Origin: Salpingoeca rosetta
Taxonomy: Eukaryota; Protista; Choanoflagellata
Reading direction: 5' to 3'
Length of the DNA: 64,000 nt
NCBI GenBank assembly: GCA_033442325.1
Contig: JAWQFM010000026.1
Location: 989,783 to 1,053,782, forward strand
The position numbers and the translations under genes are program-made. Under the pieces are notes generated by a model, which saw only the letters and a list, made by a program, of their open reading frames with translations, was not told the origin of the DNA and did no database searches. Positions 13,547 through 53,077 of the stretch are shown one piece after another (position 1 is the stretch's first letter; the number at the start of each line of letters is the position of its first letter).

Positions 13547-14913
13547 CAGTTCTGTCTGTGTGGCATCCTTGGGTAAAGCATATGCGGTAATGGCCGTTGG
13601 AGGCCTGGCGTAATGACACAAAAACGGAAACGTCGCCTCCACCTCAGCTGCATTGACGGATCGCTCCACATAGCCACGCAGGTCGTTCCCCAACAAGCCG
13701 GCCACATTGCCTGCCATCAACCACTGCTCCTGCTCCTGCTGCTGCTGCTTCTTCTTCTCCTTCTTCTCCTTCTTCTCCTTCTTCTCCTTCTTGTCCTTCT
13801 TCTCCTTCTTCTCCGTCTTTCCTTCTTTCGCTGTGCCTGTTGCTGTCTTCGTAGCATGTGCAGGCGCAGCAAGATTCCCACCACCATCGCCTCGGCGCTT
13901 CGTGTCGCTGCTGCTGCCCGGACTCCCCTCGGAGCCGGCTGTGTGAGGTCTGGTGTTTGCGCGGAGCATGTTCTCGTAGAGGGCCATCGGGCAATGCGGC
14001 ATGAACAGCAGCGTGGGCCGGTCCAGGGCCATGTAGCCGACCGTGTTCTCCTGCAGCACCTCGATCCCCATCACGTGCAGCGCCGCCACCTCGTTGATGT
14101 TGAAGCACGGGTCGAAACACACGACCCTGTCACATGCAAGTGCAGAGGCCAGCGCTTTCGCCGTCAGCAGCTGCGCCCGCGCACTTTTGCTCGTCAGAAA
14201 CCCGCCCAATCCAAGCACCACCAGCTGCTCTACACGCGTCATCTTCGGTGCTTTAGCCCGCACCACCTCTTCGCCAGTGAGTGGGTGAGGCAATGGGGTG
14301 AGGAAGGTGATGGGTGAGGGAGGGAAGGATGGGTGAGGGATGAGTGTGAAGGGGGGAACAGCAAGCCAGAAATTGGAAAAGAAATGGAGTGAAGTCAGTT
14401 CACACACACACATACACGCACACATACACGCACAATCACACACACACACACAATCACACACAATCACACAATCACACACACACACAATCACACACACAAT
14501 TACACACACACACAAGCACGTCCCCTTACCGACGATGGATGCAATGGTGTCTGACACCTCACTGCGCTCTTTTACAAGCCGGGAGAGACACGACCGCACT
14601 ACCTCCAGGCTAAAAGGCTCATCGCCACTGCCAACCACCGTCCTGCATATTTGCGTGTGTGCGTGTGTTGTGACGCGAGGGGGTGCGATAAAGGTGCAGC
14701 GCAGCAACACCGCCCACACGTCGTCAGCGTCAAATTTCAACACAACGCACCGCAATGAACACAAACGTACTGTGCCACTGTCGTCGTGCTCGTGGCGTCA
14801 GGCCGGCCCTGTTTCCTCCTCACACCTTGCTTCCCATGCTTCTTCTTGCCCTTCTTGTTCTTGTTCTTCTTGCTGCTCACGCTCAGCCAGCCATCCTCAT
14901 CAACGTCCGCCAT
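13129..14913 (-). CDS. SRRD: SRR1 (sensitivity to red light reduced 1)-domain protein
   Basis: Start MADVDEDGWLSVSSKKNK; LVVLGLGGF..SKSARAQL; FDPCFNINEVAALHVMGIEVLQEN; PTLLFMPHCPMALYENMLRAN; LLGNDL..Y; AFGDLALHSFP. Confidence 0.85.
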
Positions 14914-14927
14914 CTTTTTGCTGTGAC

Positions 14928-14960
14928 ACTGAAATCAGTCGTTGTAGACTGAAATCAGTC
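14928..14960. promoter_or_regulatory. Twin near-palindromic ACTGAAATCAGT motifs (20-bp spacing) in the SRR1/receptor divergent promoter
   Basis: actgaaatcagtc at 14928 and 14948, starting 15 bp upstream of the SRR1 ATG. Related perfect palindromes occur at 41062 and 55703. Confidence 0.4.
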
Positions 14961-15138
14961 GACACGGTTTGTGTGTTTTCTGCCGGCTGACTTTTCCCAT
15001 AGCGTGATGCTTTGTTTCGTGGGCATTTTGCTCCTGTGTCCTTGTGTCTACAAGCACGACTGCCTGCAGGCACGACAACCACGAACGAAGAAGCTGAAGG
15101 ATCCCAGCCAGGGAGTGCCACGACGACCTACGAAAGCC

Positions 15139-20338
<5,200 letters not shown>

Positions 20339-20367
20339 AAAACGAGAGTGTGTCATGGGCTGGCAAG

Positions 20368-20398
<31 letters not shown>

Positions 20399-20823
20399 TG
20401 CGCTGTTTTCCCTTCTTTCTTAAGGCCTTTCAGTCGGTAACCTTCTCTCACACTCTCCCGTTATTGTTGTCCGTACATGCAGTTCGCTTTCTCGTGACTG
20501 CACAGATGTAGATGTGGTATCTTCTTCGTGTTCATCGACTTCGTGTTACTCGTCGAGGCTGTTTGCCTGCTCCTTGCTTTCAGCCATAAAGTGCAATGCC
20601 AACCCCTCTAGCTCTTCACAAAGCAACCCCAGCATATAAGCAACGCCACATGGTTCCAGTCATTTATTCGTTGCCTCATACCAAGCTCAAGCACGCTGTA
20701 CCTTCAAACCAGGTGTACGCACAGGTGCACACACGCACACACACACACAGACACACGCAGACACACGCAGACACAGACACACACACACACACACACACAG
20801 ACATACACACAGACATACACATG

Positions 20824-27804
<6,981 letters not shown>

Positions 27805-28018
27805 GGCTGATGGTCACTCGTCGCCTCCCAGTCGCAGGCAGTCGGTTGAGGACGTTGAATGCAGGCGACTTGCGCCTCTTTCCCTCTCTTCTTGTCAGTG
27901 CAAACAACAAGCAACAAGAAGCAAGCACTGCCGCAAACAACCAGCGTTTGTCGCCAAGGATGGAGCACGACAGCATAAATTGAGACTACCCAATATCGCA
28001 GCACAACAGCAGACGATT

Positions 28019-29511
28019 ATGTCGATGATCTCGGCCGTGTTGGAGGACTTGGAGCCTGCAAGCACAGAGGCCATCAGCGCAGACATCACAACACAGGCAG
28101 CATCGGGTGCGTGGGCATGTGGCGTGCATGAGGTTGTGGACGTGCGATTACCGTTGCTGGCGTGCTTTTGGACGTGCTTGACGATGTGTTTGCGGTGGCG
28201 CGGTGGCCATTCCATGTGCCTGTGCAACATGTTGTCACATCATTCGATGTGCTGACGTGGTTGTCTTTGTGGGTTGGTTGCATCGCACAGGGACGACGCC
28301 ACAAGAGGTGCACTTTATCGTAGCCCAGGAGCTCGACCGAAGAGGGGACACACAGGCCGCCATCACCGCGTACGTCCACACTGTGTATACTTGTGTGTGC
28401 TTGTGTGTGCATGTGTGCTTGTGTGTGTATGTGTGCTTGTGTGTGTGCATGTGCATGTGTGTGCATGTGCATGTGTGCGTGTGTGTGTGTGTGTGTGCAT
28501 GTGCATGTGCATGAGCAGGTACATCGTTGTGCCTGCTTCCAAAAGTGTGCTGTTGCTGCCACAATACGTGCAGCAAATCTGCTCACACACAACCTATGCC
28601 CATCCTCTCCTTCCCCTGTCCGTCTCCTCTCTCCCCTTTCACACACACACACACACAACCGCAGGTATGAGGATTTCATTGAAGCGGCGGCGGAGAATGA
28701 GGACCTGATGGCGCAGGTGCACGCATATCGACGCGTGGCACAATTGCACAGGCAGCGGCGCGAGATCCGCCAGGCCATCACCGCGTATCAGCACATGCTG
28801 TCTTTGGCGCAGGAGGCAAAGCAGATGCCGCTCATATGCGCTGCCTACGGACAACTTGGCAGCCTATACCTGCTCATGGCACAGGAGACCTCGCAGGAAA
28901 AGGGCGGGGACGGCGTGCAGCGGGAGCAGAACGAGGAGCGGCTGCTGTCAGAGTCGCTGAATAGCTACACGAGCCTCCTCACCATCGCCACGACAATACA
29001 CGACCGCAGGGCCATCACACAGGCGCGGCGCGGGCTCGGGCTCGTGCACGCGGCGATGGGCGACTGGGCGGAGGCGCGCGTGCAGCTGGAGAGGCACCTT
29101 GCCGGGTGCAAGCAGGTGGGCACGCCACGACAGCAGGCGCAGGCGTGCCATCTCCTGGCCGAGGCGCTGGGCACCATTGTATCCTCGGCGATCGACACGG
29201 CAATGGGGGCGACGCGTGCGCTGTTCCACAAGCAGGTGGAGCTGAGGTGGCAGCAGGCAGCCATGGCAACCGAGGCAAACGACACGCTCCTCCTCATCCA
29301 GGCATATGTGCGCCTTGGGGACCTGTATGCCAACTCTGGGAGCTACACACAGTACTATGGGGCGGGCAAGGCGCGGGAGTGTTACCAGCTGGCGCTGGAT
29401 GCGGCAAAGGGGGTTGACTTGGCGGCGTTGGGGAAGGAGGGGGCGGACGCTGTGAGGCGCGCGGCCGATCATCTGGACAAGCTCTCCTCCTCCTCTTGCT
29501 CCATCAGCTAG
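28019..29511 (+). CDS. TPR-repeat protein with C-terminal CaaX motif (CSIS)
   Basis: Exons approx. 28019-28106, 28291-28369, 28665-29511. TPR-like helices AYGQLGSLY, ARRGLGLVHAAMGDWAEARVQLERHL, AYVRLGDLY...KARECYQLAL. Ends SSSSCSIS*. Confidence 0.7.
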
Positions 29512-29614
29512 CATATATGCGTATTGTGTATTTGTGTATTTGTGTTTGTATGTGTGTGTGTGTGTATGTGTGTGTATTTCTCTGTGTCTGTATGTGTGCG
29601 TTTATGTCTGTCCC

Positions 29615-29648
<34 letters not shown>

Positions 29649-30488
29649 CCTCCCCCTGCGTCAACGCTTTGGACCGTCCTTTGTTCACGCGCACCATTCC
29701 ACCACGTTGTGTCGCTAATTGGGCTGCTGTGCGATCGTGGAACTGCTTGCGATGATATGGCAGTGCACACGTTGCTGGTGTCTTTTGCCATTTGTTTGGT
29801 GTGTACATAGCCTTTGAGCACCATCCGTGCAACTTGCCATCCCTCGTTCTTCGCCTTGGTTCGCCACAATTGCCAGCACCACCGCCCTTTGATAAACGCA
29901 AACTCGTATTGTGCCAATGCACGAGCTCAGCGTTTCCTTCAGCACCCCCCTCCCCGAACCCAACTCTCGTTCATGTCAGCCCCACCACTCGTAATGCATG
30001 CGTGTTCGTGTATTGGCGGGAAATGTTGGAGGGACAGGAGGCGCTGAGCATCTGGGTTGAGACGCAGACAGCACCAAGTGACAACAGCCACGCACCGCAA
30101 CCAATCACACAAGCACACACTCGTGTTGTGTCTGGTGTTGGTGATGAGGCAGTCAATAAAGGCAGGCACCGTGCCGTGCACAGGCAAGCACCAAAAAGCA
30201 CGGCCGCGGTGACACCAAAACAACCGTCATCACCACGCACGCACACGCACACGACGCAGGAGACAGCATCAAGCAGAAGAAGAAGAAGACGGACGAACAA
30301 GCGACGGAATGAACTGGGGGCAAGAAACACCGGTTACACACGAAAGGGTCACAAGCCACGAAGAGACACAAACAGCGACAGTTGTGAATTGCGTGTTGAT
30401 GTGCCCATCGCACGCCGTGCGCAAATGTGGGTTGGTCGTTGGCATGGCGATGGCGCACACGAGTGGCGTGAGGGTGGGAGGGGGTTTC

Positions 30489-31475
30489 TTAGAACGTCTT
30501 CTTCTTCCTGAAGCTGCAGCCTATATTGGTGATCGAAGCGCAAAAGGTGGGTCGGTGACATCAAGCAGCGTGAGACGGTGGAAGAGAACACAAAGAAGAG
30601 GGGCAACGGAAACGGTGGCGTGAACAACGACGACACACACGCACGCACAAAACACACAAGTGCAAGACGTTGCGCTGGGCAAGTCACACACATCCTGGAG
30701 AATGCATGCGAACGCGCACGCGCTTGCTCTCAGCAAACACACAACACACCACGCACATCAAACACGCACCACACACAACAGACGCACGGCCACCCATCTC
30801 AACGGACATCTCCGTGTTTGATGTCAGCGCACATGGAAGCACAAACACGCAGGCACAAACGCACCCTCTGTGAGACGAGCCTTGCCGCCGGTGGGCTGGC
30901 AGAGGATCTGTGTGCAGTTGCTGCAGACAACAACGGTGGAGGCGTGGGAGAACACGGTGGAGATGAAGGCGCAGCCAGGGCAGCGGACGTCCATGAAGTA
31001 CGAGTCCGGGGACTGGACGAGGCGCTTGAGCTTGTGCTTGGTGGCCTCACGCTCGGGGCGTGGGTTCAGGAGATCGATGGCAAGCTGGTGCGCACATTGG
31101 TGGGTGGGAGGTTGGTGAGTTGGAATGGGTGTTGTTTGAGTTCGGTGTTGTTGGATAAGGTGTTGGTGTGTGGTTTGAGGCCGCGACGATAGCGGGCATG
31201 TGACAAACAACCGCACCGCGCAAACACAGGAGCGTAGCACAAAAACAACGACACGCGTTGTTGGCGTGGGTGTAAATGAAGATGCAGAGGCGAAACGATT
31301 GCACGCTCGACCACAGAGAAAGAGAGAGAGAGAGAGCATGCACATATGCATACACACACATACACACATGCATACACACACACACACATTCACCACATGC
31401 AACGTCGACACTCGCCACGCCACGCCCGGGCATATCCCTATCCCCCATTACGAGCAGAGCACCACTTACAGGCAT
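30489..31475 (-). CDS. RPS27: 40S ribosomal protein S27 (eS27)
   Basis: Micro-exon ATG CCT|gtaagt (31475-31470); [66 protein letters not shown]; last exon CSFRKKKTF*. Confidence 0.95.
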
Positions 31476-31663
31476 GGCTGCGGCTGTGGTGGTGGAAGCA
31501 CAAGGGGGGTTGGCTGCTCACTCGGGCTCTTGTCTCGTCTCGTGTGCGCAGTGTGGAAAAAGGGCGATGACATTCATCAATTATCGACAACCCCTTAATT
31601 CAGGGCCGTATTGCAAATATTTTCGTCGAGTCAGCACAAAACGTAGTCGAGCAAGCGGGAACG

Positions 31664-32427
31664 ATGATGATGAGGATGATGACGAGCGGAGTTGAGGACA
31701 ACGGGTGTGTGGGTGTGTGTGTGTGTGTATGTGTGTGTGTGCATGTGTGTGCATGTGTGTCTGTGTGTGTGTGCATGTGTGTCTGTGTGTCTGTGTGTGT
31801 TGTGTGTGTGTCTGTGTGCATGCGTGTGTGTGTGTGTGTCTGTCTATGTGTGTGCATGTGTGTGTCTGTGTGTGTTGTGTGTGTGTCTGTGTGTGTTGTG
31901 TGTGTGTGTGTGCATGCGTGTCTCTCTGTCCCTCCCGCCCTCTCCCTCCCCCCCCCTCCAATTCCCTTCCTCCCACCCATGTTCTCACTCCAAGTCTTTC
32001 ACCCACTCGGCTGCAGGAAAGCACGGCTGCGTGCGCTGCATCGGTTGACAGGCGTGAAAGCGCGCAGGCGCAATGTAAGCAAGGGCCAAAGCGGCACCCA
32101 CACTGACGACAACGGAAGTCTTCACACAGAAACGAGTTCACAACAGCAGCAACAGCAACAGCAACAAGAGCAACAACAGCAACAGCAACAGGCGAGGGGT
32201 GCGTTGCCGTTGCGAAGCCAGCTGCTTGGTGAACCTGATGATGAAAGCAGTAACAAGAAGAAGGTCGATCACGCCAAGCTGCAAGACGAGATTCTGCAGG
32301 ACACTTATCAGTCTGTCCTTCACCTCAAATCCGTTTTCCAGAACACCCACGCCAGCGTGCGGCAAGGCACAGAGGTGTGTATGTGTGTGTTTGAATGTGT
32401 GTGTAGTGTGTGTGTGTGTGTGTGTTG

Positions 32428-32480
<53 letters not shown>

Positions 32481-32775
32481 CTTCCCTTGCTGTGTGGTGT
32501 CAGCGCTGCCGCTTTCCATGCCTCTTCCCAATGATCTCATACACCGTATCGCTCATCCACTCCGCTCCTTTTCTCCATCCTCTCTGAAGGTCATCGACGA
32601 GACCTTGGAGGCTGCGGAAGCGGCAGAGGCCGATATGGACAAGGCCTTGGCCGCCATGAAGAAGCACCTGGCCAGTGGCACAAACCTCTACATCTACCTC
32701 AGCATGGTGTTTACGCTGCTCCTCTTCATCATCATGGTTGTCTTTATCCACTTCTCCAACAAGGCGGCCTCCTAG
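31664..32775 (+). CDS. USE1-like ER t-SNARE (tail-anchored)
   Basis: LRSQLLG motif, then SNARE-like helix HAKLQDEILQDTYQSVLHLKSVF..VIDETLEAAE..DMDKAL, then C-terminal TM IYLSMVFTLLLFIIMVVFIHF. Start codon uncertain. Confidence 0.6.
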
Positions 32776-32860
32776 CTCCACTGTGTGGTCGCGTTATTCT
32801 CCGTGTGTGTGTGTGTGTGCGTGTGTGTGTGCGTGCGTGTGTGCGTGTGCGCGTGCGTGC

Positions 32861-32922
<62 letters not shown>

Positions 32923-33260
32923 GCCTGTCGCTCTCGCTCTCTCTTGTTTTGCATCTTCGTGCCACTTCGTCGTGTTGTACGAAATGACTTGTTGCCCACA
33001 GCTGGGGACCCTCACTCGTTTAATTTGTGTTATCATCGACTCCTTTAGCCTTGAATTGTACAGACAAGCGGAAGCAATAAACGATCACAACCACACACGC
33101 ACACGCACACATTGGGTCAGTTAGCACGCTCCACGTGGATTGGTGCTCAATAATAGAGGTGAGGGAAGCTCCGAGAATAAAAGGCGTTGGCCGAGGACGC
33201 ATGCACACATGCACACGCATGCACACATGCACACGCATGCACACATGCACACGCATGAGT

Positions 33261-40833
<7,573 letters not shown>

Positions 40834-40897
40834 CGTTGTTGCGGCGCGCTGTTTTTGAGTGCGCCATTTCTTCTTTTCACTTGTTACTTTAAGCGCA

Positions 40898-41094
40898 CAG
40901 GGGGGGCGGAGCCCCCCTGGGAAAATCCGTGGGCGCGGTGGCAGCATTTCTGCGTCCGCTCGCGGACGCAGAGTTTTTCGGTGGCGCAGCCACCTTTTTC
41001 TGTCAACGTTTGCTCGACAAACTTTGCTCACATCTGCAGAATAAAAAAAATTCACGGGGACACTGAATTCAGTCCTATGCCTGCGAAGCGGCAT
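40898..41094. other. Cluster of four GC-rich hairpins plus a 12-bp palindrome in the JmjC/RPL13a divergent intergenic region
   Basis: GGGGGGC-GGA-GCCCCCC (40901-40917), TCTGCGTCCGC-TC-GCGGACGCAGA (40949-40972), GGTGGC-GCA-GCCACC (40980-40994), ATGCC(T)GC-GAA-GCGGCAT (41077-41094), ACTGAATTCAGT (41062-41073). Confidence 0.7.
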
Positions 41095-41528
41095 GAAACA
41101 CTTAGCACACTTGTTTCTTTTTTGTTTTTTGTTTTGGTGCTGGTGGTTAGATTTGACTTTGGCCAAGGCAAATTTGCCTTGACGCAGTTCACGTGCTTGC
41201 GAGTCTGTGTATTGTGAACTTCTTTCCCGGATTTCGCTTCTCGTGCCTTTTTCTCTCCACCACCAGCACCACCACCGACACAGCGCGTGTATGTTCCATG
41301 GCTGAGTGAGATGGATATGGGGAGTGGCGGCGTGCTGCTGCTCGCGCTCGCGCGTGTGCGTGTGCATGCGTGCGTGTGCGTGTGCTCTCTGTCTGTGTAC
41401 AACCGTGTCTGTCTGTAATCATCTGCATCTCTGCGCGTGGGCACAAGAACACCACCGCTACAACATGCACACGTTTCTGCAGTCTCATGATGTCACATGC
41501 ACCAACCACCACCAACCACCACTGCAGC

Positions 41529-43220
41529 ATGTTTGAGAAGCGGATCGTCATCGACGCCCGCGGGCACCTTCTCGGTCGCCTTGCATCCATCGTGGCCAAG
41601 GAGATCCTCAGCGGTGCGTTGCATGAAACATCACACACCACACAAACCACACGTTGAGACAGCACGTGCGCATCAGATGCACATGTGCAGCACCAGCACG
41701 TGACGCCCGACAACGAGCCAGCGACAGAAACATAGAGGGAGAGAGACCGGGAGGCAGAGTTAAGAGTGAAACAGAAGGCAGGGTGCCCGGTGACATCAGC
41801 TGCTCGTGGAGCAGCTGAAGAGAGACTGATTCGGCAGACAACGATGACCGAACACGCCCGCGACGCAACAGAGCACTGTTCCATGACCTTTGCTGCGGCA
41901 CTCACAGTTTGTCCGTTGCCTTTGCGTGTGTTTGACTTGCTGTCTCTCTCTCTCTCGTTGTTGTTGTTGTTGCAGGCCAGCACGTTGTTGTTGTTCGTTG
42001 CGAGCAGATCAACATCTCTGGCTCCTTCTACAGGAACAAGCGTGAGTTGGAGTGCGGCGGGAGCGTGTGTTGTTTTGGGGATTGGTGTTGACGATGTCTT
42101 GCACATGGGGCGGGGGTGTTGGACAACTACATGAGTGTATGTGTGTGTGATCAGTTGTTGCAGCGCTAGCCTCACGTTTCCATCGTGGTGCTTGTGCGTG
42201 CAGTGAAGTACAAGGAGTTCCTCCGCAAGCGCTGCAACGTGAACCCTGCCCGTGGTCCCTTCCACCTTCGCGCTCCCTCCCGCATCTTCTGGCGTGTGGT
42301 GCGCGGTATGCTCCCGCACAAGAAGGCAAAGGGTGCCGCCGCCCTCGGCCGCCTCAAATGCTTCGAGGGTGTCCCCCCTCCCTATGACAAGGTATATGTG
42401 TGTGAGAGATAGCGTTTGGTTGGGATGCAACTGTGGGCGGGAGTTGTGTGGCATCGTGCGTGTGTGTGTGTTTGCGTGTTGAAGATGTGTGCCATGCCTC
42501 CTCCTCCGTGGTTGTGTGTGTGTGTTTGCTGACGTGTTTTTTGGTGTTGTTGTTGCTGTTGTGGGTTGTTTCCCTATCAATAGGTGAAGCGCGTTGTCGT
42601 CCCCGGTGCCCTCCGCGTCCTCCGCCTCCGTCCCGACCGCAAGGTGTGTTCCTGTTTGATTTGTGTGGATGGGTGAGCGTGTGATGAATGGGGGAACGAG
42701 GAGGCTGGTAGAGGTCGAGTCCCGTTAGCACGTGGATGCGACATTATTTGGTGCTCGCGTCACTTGCTCATGGGTTCTCATTTTCGTTTGTGTTTGCGGT
42801 TATGTAGTTCTGCACTGTTGGTCGTCTGTCACACGAGATGGGCTGGAAGTACAAGGACATCGTTGAGAAGCTCGAGGCCAAGCGCAGCATGCGCGCCAAA
42901 GAGTACTACACCGCAAAGAAGAAGGCCGTGGTGCGTACCAACGCTGCATTGTTGTTGTTGTTGTTGTTATTGCTGTGTGGGATGGATGGGTGCATTCACC
43001 TGATGAAGCTGAGTGAGGCTGGCTCTCGTATGTTGTCGTGGACTCACTCTGCTTGCACGCTTGTGTGTGTGTGTGTGTGCCTTTTTTGCTGCCCTCTTTT
43101 GTCCCTCACCGTCACCCATCCACACTTGCTTCACTGCCAAAACAGGCGGCACGCGCCAAGGTGATGCAGTCGGAGGCTGTTGCAAAGTGCAACGCGACGC
43201 TTGCCAAGCTCGGCTACTAA
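41529..43220 (+). CDS. RPL13A: 60S ribosomal protein L13a (uL13)
   Basis: [118 protein letters not shown], ends LAKLGY*. Confidence 0.97.
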
Positions 43221-43573
43221 GCGCTCAAGCCTTTATGTGTTCTGGTGTATGGTCTCTTTCCTTCTCTTCCTTGATGCGTTTGCGCTGCACCGCCGCGAAG
43301 AAGATATGCTTGCTGGCGGTGGGTGTCGAGTAAACCGAACAAGAAGCAGCGTTCATGTAACAGAACAACAGAAACGGCTGAGGTGGCTTGAGTGCTGAGC
43401 AGTGGGCGTTTGTTGTGTCGACAAAAGGCTTTTTTTGGGCGACGACTGATGACATTTCACACAGCAAAACGAAAGAGAAGAAAAGCAAGCGAGACATCAA
43501 GCAGACAAGGCTCACCGACTCTGACACAGTTTGAAGCAATAACCAAGCGACCACTACTGTTGTGACCGCAAGC

Positions 43574-52539
<8,966 letters not shown>

Positions 52540-52606
52540 TGATGTCGCCCTGACAAACGAGGATGGCGACGCTGTCACCACGCCCCCCATTGTTGTTGTG
52601 TGTGTG

Positions 52607-52639
<33 letters not shown>

Positions 52640-52851
52640 TTGTGTGGCGCACATCCTCAAGCTGTTGCTCTGTCCACTGCAACAGCCGTTCCGTTCTCTT
52701 CCCCACACCTGTCAGAGCCTCTTGTGGTTTGACCTTTCTTTTGTGTTCCGTCCACGTTATTACAGAGTGGTGTTGTGCGCTGGTTCAGGGAAGACAAGCA
52801 ACACGTGAGAGGAAAGAGAGAGCAAGGGAAGTGAGGCGAGAGGAGAGGGAG

Positions 52852-53043
52852 ATGAGCCAACACACTCGTCCCTTCAATTACAAACCCCCGGGGAGTTGGC
52901 GGCAGGCGGGGGTATCCCCTAAGCCTCACGCAAATGGTTATTGTGGGTGGGCGGCCAGCCGGGCAGCAAGGAAGGCGAGGGCAGGAGGGCAGGAAAGAGG
53001 TGGTAGTCGTTGTTGTTGCTGCTGCTGTCAGGTGCCAGGGTGG

Positions 53044-53077
<34 letters not shown>

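Noticed and set aside
42999-43057. CTGATGA plus stem as a hammerhead ribozyme or SECIS
   Set aside because: There is no GAAA after the stem, no SECIS GA quartet or apical AA, and it lies in an intron.
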